Source: Pseudohongiellaceae bacterium (lineage in GTDB: Bacteria; Planctomycetota; B15-G4). Taken from it: DNA of 42,340 nt. Each line of letters starts with the position of its first letter. The first letter of the stretch is position 1. Shown piece after piece: positions 11,001 to 19,373 of this stretch. The stretch covers positions 1-42,340 of the forward strand of contig JBLIMM010000003.1 of NCBI GenBank assembly GCA_047638635.1. The letters are read 5' to 3'. A model generated the notes under the pieces. The model was not told the DNA's origin and did no database searches. It saw nothing but the letters and a program-made list of their open reading frames with translations. The position numbers and the translations under genes are program-made.

Positions 11001-11185
11001 TCCGGAGAGATCAAAAAGAGGTCGTCGTAGACCAAATTATGATCGACCGTGGGCAGGTAAAGCGCCACGGACAGGAGAAACAGCACCAGCCCGGCTAGGC
11101 CCTTGCCGCCCTTTGCGGGGGAGGCTGAGGTAGCTGGGGACATGTCGGCGTTGGGGGCGCCTTCGGGAGTGCCAGTGGGGGTCAT
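8066..11185 (-). CDS. TMTC-like (GT-C, DUF1736-type) polytopic membrane glycosyltransferase with C-terminal TPR array
   Basis: First-loop YDD, YRPL, HPLHSEAVAYVAG, LLAKESA, LSVDYS and GTIFAERLMYLP motifs across many hydrophobic helices, followed by ~580 aa of TPR-like repeats. Confidence 0.8.
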   Translation of the reverse strand: MTPTGTPEGAPNADMSPATSASPAKGGKGLAGLVLFLLSVALYLPTVDHNLVYDDLFLISPELNSSMIPVVDDLGASLQLFNQEYWNGVNPEKTPELSMRGQALYRPLTLFIWAVILNQAPQPFNLAKAVPYHWVSILVNGLVVLLFFLLVAKLFESNRVAFLAAAIYALHPLHSEAVAYVAGLSDQLATLTVLVGMLFFLRAIRPDGSLGLGALFGLIVTLFVGLLAKESAVLVIAAIALTDVMWTLRGRGLALAHRAMVYGGSMVALACHVALRYRVLGGKLQPDENAIGMLDNPLIKLDTDLRILNSFKLLAKYVWLTLWPKDLSVDYSFNAIKLSNQWSDPEPLAGMILVGALLIVGLVSLRRSPAFGWGLIFFTGTAIFTSNMIVPIGTIFAERLMYLPTLGAALALGFVFDRLMASGEGGKGTNPIGLFVLVIALSCLGWRTFERNKDFKNSVDLFRSAEKVVPDSARVHYQLGSLYATEGRIDSAVKQFESALDDDGSFIQAAIRLGDVHNADRNFERAILTYTDVYNNIDMTRSINEQAKAVQSMVLRKRAASKRSSGDIDGALADLQEAMNLGMSDTPDAVLAWVRIQQNNDNWAETVPLLEQTLVEFPEHVALLTAYARASVSTQDREAYEDALVKLKNTKAGRPLAMAMEAEVMYEQSAARRDHALRDEAMSLFEEVIDLNDRLATPFYYRGRYLGEKQRAFRDAIVEYDKAIARDPDHPMALFYKALAYMELNDLDGALASLETLTTVRPNVSCYALMAEVYFKLGDVEKQEEVNAKLEELGKAPVQMTINRAVSFGKANQPERGLEIMEQLLIDPENAASPEVLRTYGLLLFRMGRCDEALANFEAQAQAQLMSESGKVDPFVDVNRARAYACLGQWAQALSALDLTSAKLAQYDDRPGLQNSLRASILQRQAEYLLERDTAVFNATLALAATNEGLDVTGRNRARLFDLEIEALVALNDLSLAIDRTNEAAALLFGLKHYPVLLEALEQATSGDRAGAAITMRAFTAQAEDPGAPQSMERIAGQL

Positions 11186-11841
11186 CGGGAGTAGACCTTC
11201 CGTTCGATGCGATCTAGAGCTTGGGCGATGACGGGGCGAGCCCGGTGGTCGGCCAGGACGTTGCAGGTGTGGAGAGTATCCTGTACAGCCCCAGGCGGAA
11301 CACCGTTGAGAAGCGCGCCACGAATATGAGAGCCGAGGGGAGCCGCCAGAGCCGCCAAACCCAGGGCAGCTACGGCCAGCAACTCTCGCTCCCCCAGGGG
11401 GATTTGAGGACGAGCGAGAAGGCGTCCGTAGGCCGATTCGAGGACCAAGGGCGCGAAGCCGGGGAGTAGCTGGTCGAGTCCAGCGAGGACCTTTTCGGCA
11501 TTGTCGCCGTAAACCTGGACGAAGACGGTCCGGCCGGCCGCAAGAGTCTCAGAGATCTTGCCGGGAGCCTCGGCCTCGGTCACAGCGGGGGTCGGGCGCC
11601 GCTCAGCAATCAATGTGAGCAGCTCAATGGCCCGGGGAAAGCCCCCATAGGCGACCAATTGCAGGGCGGTTTCCTCCATCTCGGCGAAGGTGACGTCCCG
11701 CTCGAGACCTAGGCCTATGAGCTCACTTGCGGCGTCGAATCGACTGATCATGGCTGCTCCGTGCAGCAAGGAGAGGCAGCGCAGGCGCAGATCCCCTCCC
11801 GGTCGGTCGAGCGTGCTGGCAAGAGAGGCTAAGTCGGTCAT
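11182..11841 (-). CDS. Carboxymuconolactone decarboxylase (CMD/AhpD-like) family protein, two-repeat type
   Basis: EETALQLVAYGGFPRA and ESAYG...RP...ERELLAVAAL...HIRGALLNG. No CxxC. Overlaps the downstream start (ATGA). Confidence 0.75.
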   Translation of the reverse strand: MTDLASLASTLDRPGGDLRLRCLSLLHGAAMISRFDAASELIGLGLERDVTFAEMEETALQLVAYGGFPRAIELLTLIAERRPTPAVTEAEAPGKISETLAAGRTVFVQVYGDNAEKVLAGLDQLLPGFAPLVLESAYGRLLARPQIPLGERELLAVAALGLAALAAPLGSHIRGALLNGVPPGAVQDTLHTCNVLADHRARPVIAQALDRIERKVYSR

Positions 11842-12044
11842 GGCCGGCGGACCCTAGCGACGGGGGCTTCACTGATCAACGAAGGGATAGCGCTGATGGC
11901 GTCTTGACAGCTCGCTTACACCTTCATTTCATGGTGAGCTATGAGTGCGAAGACGAATTGGTCGACAAGCGATCCCAACGGGCCTCATTGGCCCAGCGTA
12001 CTGCCACGTCCTCGCGTCCACGTCCCGGCACCGGATTCAGCTCG

Positions 12045-14207
12045 ATGAAGCTCCTGATCCCCGTTCTTTCTTTCGTTCTCTTGGCGCCCATCGCCTTGTC
12101 TGCTCCTTTTCAGGATGCACAAGGCTCTGGTCCTTCGCCCAAGGTCCCCATTAACCCCGCTGGCAGCCAGCTCTCTGGCGTGCCCGTCGAAGATATCTCG
12201 TCTCACCGGGTGGAATCTCTGCCGTATGTGCGACGGATGGACGACATCGTGTCTCTGGCCGACTTGCTCGCAGAGGTCGACCTGACTGCTGACCCGGTCC
12301 TGACCATTGGGCAGCGCGCCCTGTCTCAGGCGAAGTTCCGGCGCCGGGCGCTGATGTACCTGGGTATGGCTGAGGTCGAGCAGACCATCACCACGCTGAT
12401 CACCTTGGCCGAAATCGATCGCCGGGTCGCTCAGGGCGATAGCGCCGATAACTACCTCCCCTCGGGGGAAGACGTCGATCGCAAGATCGAAGAGATCAAG
12501 GAACTCGTACGGATGAACGCCGAGCAGCAGGTTGCTCAGCGTACCGACGGCACCGGTCCCGCCCCTGCTGAAGACGTGGGCGACATCGCTGTTCAAGAGT
12601 TCCTGAAGTCGATCGATAGCTCCGTGGGCCAGCAGAAGTACCGGGACATGTTGGGTGCCGAGGCTGCCTTCGAGAAGGTGTTCTTGCCCTTCCCGGCTAT
12701 GCCGACCAACGAACCGGTTCATGACCAAGCGATTGGCCCCGTCCCCGAGGACGATCCCAAGCCAGATTGGCTGCCTGAGATCACCTGGAATGCTCTGGCC
12801 ATTGACGACAGTGGCAAGACCCTGCGGCAGTTCGTGAAAGGCGCCGGCTCCCGGGGCGACACGATCCCGGCCTTCTTCAAGGGACAGGTGTTGACCCGCA
12901 TTCGCGCCGGGGTGGTGAGCCATCTTGGTGTGGAATATTTCTTCGATCACAGCGACTTGCCTGCTGGCGTCTTTATGCGCCTGGGAGGCAAGGGAGTGGC
13001 CCACGCCGAAGCGGATGTGGTTGCCGCGACGGATTGGATCGAGGGAAGCAAGGTCGCTCTCCAAGCGTCTGCAGCGGCTTTGGCCGATGCTCAGGTCGCT
13101 CTCTCCGAAGCCCAGATCGTGGCCGCAGCCAAGTCGATGGACGCTGTGTCTAGTAAGGACAGCGCTCTGGAGGCCGCTGAGGTTGCTGTGGAGTCGGCCA
13201 TGAAGGCCTACGACATGGCCGTCATGGCAGCAAAGAGTGCTCCCTCCGATCTCGAAGCTGCTGTGGCAGCGGTGCCTGCCTCTCGCGCAGCGGTCAAAGA
13301 TGTGACCACGGATGAGTTGTGGCACTTGGTGGCAGGGACGCTGTCCGACGCTGACTACGACATCATTCTTCGTGAGGCCCTGACCCTGGAGGCCATGGAG
13401 CGCACGCTCAAGCAGGCTGGTCGCTGGTTGGGTGACGAGGAGTTCGAGGTGGTCTACCAGGAGCACGAGGACGTCTACAAAGGCACCCTCTTCCCCTTGT
13501 CGGCCATCATCATGTTCCGGGGCTACAGCTCCCTGGACCGCTACCGGGAGCACTACCGCTACCGCGAGGCCTACCGCCGCTGGCGCAAGGACACGATGAA
13601 CGAGGACGACCTCGAGAATCACTACCGTGAAGGTGGTCGGTTGTTCTTCGAGCGTGGCAGCGTCCACGTGGACATGGCTTTCAAGGGTGTGTCCAACGTG
13701 CCCTTCACCGAGGCCTCCCTGGATAACGCTCTTGCTGAGCTGACCATGGGATTCGGCGAGCTGGGTTCTCCCATGGGCGAAGGCGAAGAGGTTCACCCCA
13801 TGAGCTTTGAAGAGCTGCTCTTGGAGTATCCGAAGCCCGTGGTGCAAAACCCCCAAGGGGCCGACCGTGCCTTCCAGCGCAACCCCTTGCGTCTGCGTAT
13901 GACCGAGTCTGATCTGTCGATCTTCCTGACCGGTTACAGCCTGGCCGACGACCTCTTCTATCACGGGTCGGCGGGTGAGTTCTTTGGCCCCTACCTGCAG
14001 AAGTGCCGTCGGCACGCCTGGGGTGCTGAGCTGAACGCGGGCGCTTGGATCGTTCGGGTGGACAAGTTCACTCGCAGTCGTCCCCTGGCTCCCCTCGAGG
14101 GCACCAACCGCGACCAGGCTGAAGATGACTTCCTCGACCTGAACTACCTGTACTGGTCCCAGGAATGTCTGGAGTCTCTGCTCGAGCGGGTCACCGTCGG
14201 CGGCTGA
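12045..14207 (+). CDS. Exported hypothetical protein, possibly a degenerate SurA/PrsA-like foldase, with an Ala-rich coiled-coil insert
   Basis: Signal peptide MKLLIPVLSFVLLAPIALSA and strong coding-strand codon bias. DDLENHYRE...F...VHV and GAWIVRVDK weakly recall parvulin-foldase segments. Confidence 0.55.
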   Translation: MKLLIPVLSFVLLAPIALSAPFQDAQGSGPSPKVPINPAGSQLSGVPVEDISSHRVESLPYVRRMDDIVSLADLLAEVDLTADPVLTIGQRALSQAKFRRRALMYLGMAEVEQTITTLITLAEIDRRVAQGDSADNYLPSGEDVDRKIEEIKELVRMNAEQQVAQRTDGTGPAPAEDVGDIAVQEFLKSIDSSVGQQKYRDMLGAEAAFEKVFLPFPAMPTNEPVHDQAIGPVPEDDPKPDWLPEITWNALAIDDSGKTLRQFVKGAGSRGDTIPAFFKGQVLTRIRAGVVSHLGVEYFFDHSDLPAGVFMRLGGKGVAHAEADVVAATDWIEGSKVALQASAAALADAQVALSEAQIVAAAKSMDAVSSKDSALEAAEVAVESAMKAYDMAVMAAKSAPSDLEAAVAAVPASRAAVKDVTTDELWHLVAGTLSDADYDIILREALTLEAMERTLKQAGRWLGDEEFEVVYQEHEDVYKGTLFPLSAIIMFRGYSSLDRYREHYRYREAYRRWRKDTMNEDDLENHYREGGRLFFERGSVHVDMAFKGVSNVPFTEASLDNALAELTMGFGELGSPMGEGEEVHPMSFEELLLEYPKPVVQNPQGADRAFQRNPLRLRMTESDLSIFLTGYSLADDLFYHGSAGEFFGPYLQKCRRHAWGAELNAGAWIVRVDKFTRSRPLAPLEGTNRDQAEDDFLDLNYLYWSQECLESLLERVTVGG

Positions 14208-14211
14208 TTTC

Positions 14212-14973
14212 ATGACCACTGCGAGCTGGCGCCTGATGCGTTCGGGCGCCAGCTCGCCGTCCTGGAACATGGGCTGCGACCAGTCTCTGCTCAGTGCAGC
14301 AGACCCTCGCCCGGTTCTGAGGCTTTACTCCTGGGCGCCCCCAGCTCTTTCGCTGGGTTGGTTTCAGCCCATGGAGCCCTTCGTAGAGCTGGCTCGCCGA
14401 GAAGGGCTGACGTTGGTGCGGCGTCCCACGGGGGGCGGCGCCATTCACCACGATCGCGAAGTGACTTTCTGCATCGTGGCGAGGCCCGGCTGTGACGGCT
14501 ACCCGGCCGAGGTCGTTGAGGCCTACGAATGGGTCCACGGGGTTGTCCGCGGAGCCCTCGCTGAGCTGGGCGCCGAACTCTCGTTTCGCGGTGCCGGCGC
14601 GCCGCTCTCAGTGCGACCTCAAGGTGCGACCCTCTGCTTTGAGGACACCACGGCCCTCGACCTGGTGGATGACCAAGGGCGCAAAGTCGTGGGCTCGGCT
14701 CAGCGCCGCCGGGGTGGGCGGGTCTTGCACCACGGTTCGATCCCCCTGGCTACGCCGAGTCTTTCTCCCCATGCGGGCTCACTGGAGCTTGCTTGCGGGA
14801 GGTCGGTCACCTGGGATGTGGTAGCCGATACTTTGACGGAGCATTTCTCCGCGGCCCTAGGGGATGGAGTGCTGGAGCCCAGCATGTTGACCTCTGTTGA
14901 GGTCGCCGCAGCTGATGAGTTGGCTGCTGCGCACGACCCTGCTCTTGGCCGTCGTGGCGCCCGGGCCCGCTGA
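14212..14973 (+). CDS. Lipoate-protein ligase / octanoyltransferase (LipM-like, single domain)
   Basis: NMGCD, LRLYSW....LSLG.FQ, VRRPTGGGAIHH, LCF, GRKVVGSAQRR...VLHHGSI. No LplA C-terminal accessory domain. Confidence 0.85.
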   Translation: MTTASWRLMRSGASSPSWNMGCDQSLLSAADPRPVLRLYSWAPPALSLGWFQPMEPFVELARREGLTLVRRPTGGGAIHHDREVTFCIVARPGCDGYPAEVVEAYEWVHGVVRGALAELGAELSFRGAGAPLSVRPQGATLCFEDTTALDLVDDQGRKVVGSAQRRRGGRVLHHGSIPLATPSLSPHAGSLELACGRSVTWDVVADTLTEHFSAALGDGVLEPSMLTSVEVAAADELAAAHDPALGRRGARAR

Positions 14974-15088
14974 CTGACAGGCTCTACTCCGACGACTTGG
15001 CAGTGAGCCGTCAGCGAGTTTTCTCCTGGCACCCTCGGTGGTAGGTAGACTGGCGCGAGCTCGGTGCGTCGCCGAAGAGAAGCCAACC

Positions 15089-17242
15089 ATGGAGAACAAG
15101 CGCGTGGGATCGGGTGACAACACCGTGGGTGCCTTATTTGGGGCCACCCAGGGTTCGCGAAGGGACTTAGAACACGGGCTGCGGCTGTTTCGCAGCTACC
15201 TGACAGCCAGTCTGGTGATGATGTTGACGGTGGCTTGCACCGTCCATTCGTTCCTCGACGATCCCCGCCCGTTCTGGGTGGTCGACGGGATTGTCATCAC
15301 TCTGATCCTGTTCTGCTTGGCCATCTTGCCGGCCCGTGGATTCAGAACCACGGCGATGGTTTGTGTGGTGGGCTTCTGGCTCATCGAAGCCACTGTGCTG
15401 CTGTTCTCTGGTGGTGCTGCCGGGCCAGCCTTGCTGCTCTTCCCATTTATCGTCTTGTCAGCTGCGTGCTTCTGGTCGGTGCGGGCAGCCAAAGCTTTGG
15501 CGCTGGCTACTGTGGCCTGGACCGTTGCTGTCGCCTGGGCTGATACAGCCGAGTTCTTGCCAGAGGTCGTGTTCGAAGAATCTTCTGTGCGCGGTTGGGC
15601 CGCCATGGTGGGTTGCCTCGGGGTGATCGTGGCCTTGGTGAGAGCTGCAGAAGGGGCCTTGGCCAGCTTGCGCAAGGACACAGACACCAGCGGTCAGCGT
15701 CTCTCTGACCTCATTGCCGAATCGGCCGATGGCGTCATTCTGATTGACGCTGCCGGTCGCCTGCTGAGCTGCAATCGCGTGGCCGAATCATTGTCGGGGC
15801 TCGCTGCCGCCAATGTAGAAGGCCGCTTGCTCGACGAGACGGGGCTCTTTTCCGACGAGGATCTCGCGCTCATTCAGCCCGAGCTAGCCGCTGTGATCGA
15901 TGGCCAGAGCCGGGCGCCCCTCGATCTCACGTTGCGCGATGGGGAGGGTGAGGCCGTCCATGTGGAGTGCAGCCTCAGGCGCTTTTTGCTGGATGATGGT
16001 GAGCCCGCCGCCTTTACCACGCTGCGCAATGTCACCTTGCGCAAGCGAGCCGAGCGGCGCCGGGCCGAGCTCGAACGGCAGTTGTCCCGCTCGCAGCGGC
16101 TCGACTCGATTGGGCGCTTGGCCGCGGGTATTGCCCACGACTTCAACAACCTGCTCACGGTGATCATGGCTTCGTCTGAGCTGCTCATCGAAACAGCCAA
16201 CGACAAGAGTGATTGCGAGTGGCGCGAGGATGCCAACAGCATCCGCGCTGCGGCCATGCGCGCCGCCACGTTAACCAACCAACTGCTCACCTTCGGGCGG
16301 CGCCAGCCCTTGGCTCCCGAGGTGCTCGACTTGGGCACTGTGGTGTGCGAAGTGAGCGAGATGCTCAGTCGTCTGCTGGGCGAAACCATCGAGTTGGTGA
16401 TCGAGCTGCAGCCCGGGGTGGGCCCCGTGCGAGTGGACCGCTCCCAGGTGGAACAGGTCGTGGTGAACATGGCTTTGAACGCGCGTGACGCCATGCCCGA
16501 GGGAGGCACGTTGACCCTCGGCGTGTCTGAGCGGCGGGTGCCCCGAGATGCCAGCGGTGGCGTCCCCGAAGGGCATTGGGTCTCGCTCACCGTCAGAGAC
16601 ACAGGCATCGGCATGGACAGAGCAACCCAGGCCCGAGTCTTCGACCCGTTCTTCAGTACGAAAGAAGTGGGCGAGGGCACCGGCCTCGGCTTGGCCACGG
16701 TGCATGGCTTTGTCACCCAGAGCGGCGGCCACGTCATGGTCGAAAGTGCTCCTGGAGCGGGTTGTCACTTCGACGTGATGCTCCCACGCATCGAGGGCGT
16801 TCCGGCAATGATGCGGCGCACTCGCCTTCCCGCAGCTCCCCGACAAGAACAGCAGGGCCGCGTGCTCGTGGTCGAGGACGAAAGCCGCGTGCGCCACATC
16901 GTGCGGCGCATTCTCGAGAGCGCCGGCTACACCGTGGACGAGGCGCCCGATGGCTTGCAGGGTTTCGCCTGTTTTCAAGAGCAGCCTGAGGTGTACGACC
17001 TGCTGATCTCCGACGTGATCATGCCTGGGATCGGCGGCCCCGAGTTGGCTCGCCGAGCCCACGAGTTGGTTCCTGACTTGCCGGTGCTGTTCGTGTCTGG
17101 CTACGCGGGCAAAGAGCTAGGCGCCCTCGGTGATCCCGAGGACGAGGGCGTGTTGTTGCGCAAGCCGTTCACCGCCGAAGAACTCCTAGACGCTGCGGGG
17201 ACGGCATGCGCCACGGGGACCTCCGCAGCCGCGAGTTCATGA
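15089..17242 (+). CDS. Membrane-bound hybrid sensor histidine kinase (TM region - PAS - HisKA - HATPase - REC)
   Basis: About six N-terminal TM helices, a PAS domain, H-box AHDFNNLL, NARDAM, DTGIGMD, FDPFFSTK, GTGLGL, and receiver motifs VLVVEDE / ISDVIMP / KPF. Confidence 0.93.
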   Translation: MENKRVGSGDNTVGALFGATQGSRRDLEHGLRLFRSYLTASLVMMLTVACTVHSFLDDPRPFWVVDGIVITLILFCLAILPARGFRTTAMVCVVGFWLIEATVLLFSGGAAGPALLLFPFIVLSAACFWSVRAAKALALATVAWTVAVAWADTAEFLPEVVFEESSVRGWAAMVGCLGVIVALVRAAEGALASLRKDTDTSGQRLSDLIAESADGVILIDAAGRLLSCNRVAESLSGLAAANVEGRLLDETGLFSDEDLALIQPELAAVIDGQSRAPLDLTLRDGEGEAVHVECSLRRFLLDDGEPAAFTTLRNVTLRKRAERRRAELERQLSRSQRLDSIGRLAAGIAHDFNNLLTVIMASSELLIETANDKSDCEWREDANSIRAAAMRAATLTNQLLTFGRRQPLAPEVLDLGTVVCEVSEMLSRLLGETIELVIELQPGVGPVRVDRSQVEQVVVNMALNARDAMPEGGTLTLGVSERRVPRDASGGVPEGHWVSLTVRDTGIGMDRATQARVFDPFFSTKEVGEGTGLGLATVHGFVTQSGGHVMVESAPGAGCHFDVMLPRIEGVPAMMRRTRLPAAPRQEQQGRVLVVEDESRVRHIVRRILESAGYTVDEAPDGLQGFACFQEQPEVYDLLISDVIMPGIGGPELARRAHELVPDLPVLFVSGYAGKELGALGDPEDEGVLLRKPFTAEELLDAAGTACATGTSAAASS

Positions 17243-18168
17243 TGGCGTCTTGGGGCGGGAAGATCATTCTCGCTCTGCTGCTCTTGGCGACTGTCGCTTG
17301 TCATGCGCCCGGGCATGGCCCGATGTGGGACTCCTTCGTTCAGCGGGGGCGCATCGCCGGTGAAGTTTCCGCAGAGGACGGGCTGGCCTTGTCGTTTCGG
17401 GGTGAGCTTCCTGCTCCCGGAGAGATCGCCGACGGTCCCGTACTGCTCTTGATTCACGGTTGGTGCGGCGAGTCGCAGGTCTGGGGCCCACTTGATGAGT
17501 TGCCTTGGTCCGGGCACAACGTGGTCAGCCTCGACTTGGCCCATCACGGAGCATCTGCCACAGGGCGGGCCGATCTTTCGGTGAACGCTTTCGCGCTGGA
17601 CATTGTCCAGTTGATTGATCATCTCGGTTTAGATGAGACCGTTCTTGTGGGACACGGATGGGGTGCGCAGGTAGCATTGGAGGCAGCTGCGTTGCGTCCA
17701 AAGGTGGTGCGCGGTGTGCTAGCTGTAGAGGCGCTGCACGACCTGAGCCAGGAGTTCACCGTGGAGCAGGTCACGCTCATGGAGCAGGCCTTTACTAGCG
17801 ACTTCGCCGGCACTATGGAGCACTATTTGCAGTGGCTCGTGGGGCCGTCTGCTGGGCCGGAGGTGAGCTTGCGTTTGCTGCAGGCGATGACTTCGGTGCC
17901 GCGAGACACGGCGCTGGCGACTTTGCACGGCGCGTTTCTCCACGATGTGCGGGCGTCCCTTGTCACTCTGCCCGCACCGCTGGTTCTGTTGAACGGTGAC
18001 CAGCGGGGGACGAACTTGGCAGCGCTGCGGGAGCTCGTGCCGTTTGCATGTGTTGAGCTTGTCCCTGGCGCAGGGCACTTTCCGCAGTGGGAGCAACCGC
18101 TGAAGTTTGGCGCCGCTCTGGATCGTGCTTTGGCAACGATCGCTGCGCTGTGGGAGATGCGTTCGTGA
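17239..18168 (+). CDS. Alpha/beta-hydrolase-fold protein, probable lipoprotein, nucleophile position is Gly
   Basis: ATGA overlap with the kinase stop. LLLLATVAC lipobox-like sequence, LLIHGW, DLAHHGAS, LVGHGWG, GAGHFPQWEQP. Confidence 0.82.
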   Translation: MMASWGGKIILALLLLATVACHAPGHGPMWDSFVQRGRIAGEVSAEDGLALSFRGELPAPGEIADGPVLLLIHGWCGESQVWGPLDELPWSGHNVVSLDLAHHGASATGRADLSVNAFALDIVQLIDHLGLDETVLVGHGWGAQVALEAAALRPKVVRGVLAVEALHDLSQEFTVEQVTLMEQAFTSDFAGTMEHYLQWLVGPSAGPEVSLRLLQAMTSVPRDTALATLHGAFLHDVRASLVTLPAPLVLLNGDQRGTNLAALRELVPFACVELVPGAGHFPQWEQPLKFGAALDRALATIAALWEMRS

Positions 18169-18548
18169 GTCAGTTGCTGTTCGCCACAGGGGCGAAGTTC
18201 AGCGACGGTGAAGCGCTAGGCCGGGCTCGGCGAGTACGGCTGCGCATCTTCGATGACGGGATCGAAGTGGACCATCGACGGATTGCCTACGCTGAGATCG
18301 AAGAGGTCGTACTGATCTCCATTCGTCAGCTGTTCGTGCGCAGCTTCGTGTTGCGAGTTGAGAGCGCCGGCAAGACGTTGAAGTTCGGTGTGAGCAGTCA
18401 CTCGTTTTGGCGCGGCGAGCTGCCTTTTGCAGCGCGCCGAGTGCGGGGGCGAGTCCGTTTGCATCCTGTGGTTCGGGTGTTGCGGCTGTGTCTGTCGGTG
18501 CTACTCGTGGCCGCGGTGGTCTGGCTCGTTTGGTCGAGCCTCGCGTGA
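18165..18548 (+). CDS. Small hypothetical protein with C-terminal transmembrane helix (possible PH-like domain)
   Basis: GTGA overlap upstream and TGATG overlap downstream. Beta-rich body and a hydrophobic C-terminus (LCLSVLLVAAVVWLVW). Confidence 0.6.
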   Translation: MSQLLFATGAKFSDGEALGRARRVRLRIFDDGIEVDHRRIAYAEIEEVVLISIRQLFVRSFVLRVESAGKTLKFGVSSHSFWRGELPFAARRVRGRVRLHPVVRVLRLCLSVLLVAAVVWLVWSSLA

Positions 18549-19336
18549 TGGAGACGGTGCGCGACTATGCCTTGGCCGTGGTGACGGGCAGCGAGTTGAC
18601 TGACAAGCTGATACCGCCGCCAAAAGGGCTTGTGGATGAGCCTCGGGGGCCGAGTCTTTTGCTAGAGGCTCCCGGTCGTCCCGAGTTCTTGCGCCCACAG
18701 CCCGGTGCCCCGATGAAAGTCCCGGCGCCCCAGGGCATGGCCGACCCGGAGCAGTTACGGCGCGTGCTCCATGCCTTCGCGAACCACGAGCTACAGGCTG
18801 TCGAGTTGTTCGCTTGGGGACTGCTGGCCTTCCCTGACGCTCCCGCTGAGTTTCGCCGGGGACTGCTCTCGACCCTGGGAGATGAACAGCGACATCTGCA
18901 GCTCTACTTACAGCGGCTCGACGATCTCGATGTGTCCTTCGGGCGTTGGCCCGTGAGTGGCTACTTCTGGAACAAGCTCGAGCACTTCGCCACGCCGCTG
19001 AAGTTCGTTTGTTCCATGTGCCTGACTTTCGAGAACGCGAACCTCGACCACACCCTCGATTACGCCCGAGCCGCCGACTCTGCGGGTGATGAGGCGACAG
19101 CGGCGGCCTTGCGTCAGGTGCACCACGAAGAGCGGGCTCACGTGGCTTTCGGTCTGCGCTGGTTGGAGTCGTTCAAAGATCCTGGCGACTCGCTGATGGA
19201 GGCGTGGCTCAGCGGGCTGTCCTGGCCTCTCCGACCGGCTCTGGCTCGGGGGAGATCGTTCTCGCCCGAAGTGCGCCAAGGCCTGGGCTTCGATGCCGAG
19301 TGGATCGCCTTGCTTGCGGGCGCTCAGCGGCGATGA
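18548..19336 (+). CDS. DUF455-family ferritin-like (di-iron) protein
   Basis: LHAFANHELQAVEL, DEQRH, FENANLD, EERAHVAFGLRW: paired ExxH ligands of a four-helix bundle. Confidence 0.85.
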   Translation: METVRDYALAVVTGSELTDKLIPPPKGLVDEPRGPSLLLEAPGRPEFLRPQPGAPMKVPAPQGMADPEQLRRVLHAFANHELQAVELFAWGLLAFPDAPAEFRRGLLSTLGDEQRHLQLYLQRLDDLDVSFGRWPVSGYFWNKLEHFATPLKFVCSMCLTFENANLDHTLDYARAADSAGDEATAAALRQVHHEERAHVAFGLRWLESFKDPGDSLMEAWLSGLSWPLRPALARGRSFSPEVRQGLGFDAEWIALLAGAQRR

Positions 19337-19373
19337 CCGTGGCCGGGCGCAATGCTCACCCCAAGGGCGCCCT

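Noticed and set aside
11985-14270. 761-aa minus-strand ORF, and similar long antisense ORFs (134-1225, 4385-5425, 8600-9694, 26236-27339, 29467-30786)
   Set aside because: They lie opposite well-supported genes and have no motifs. They are the usual stop-poor shadows of high-GC codon usage.
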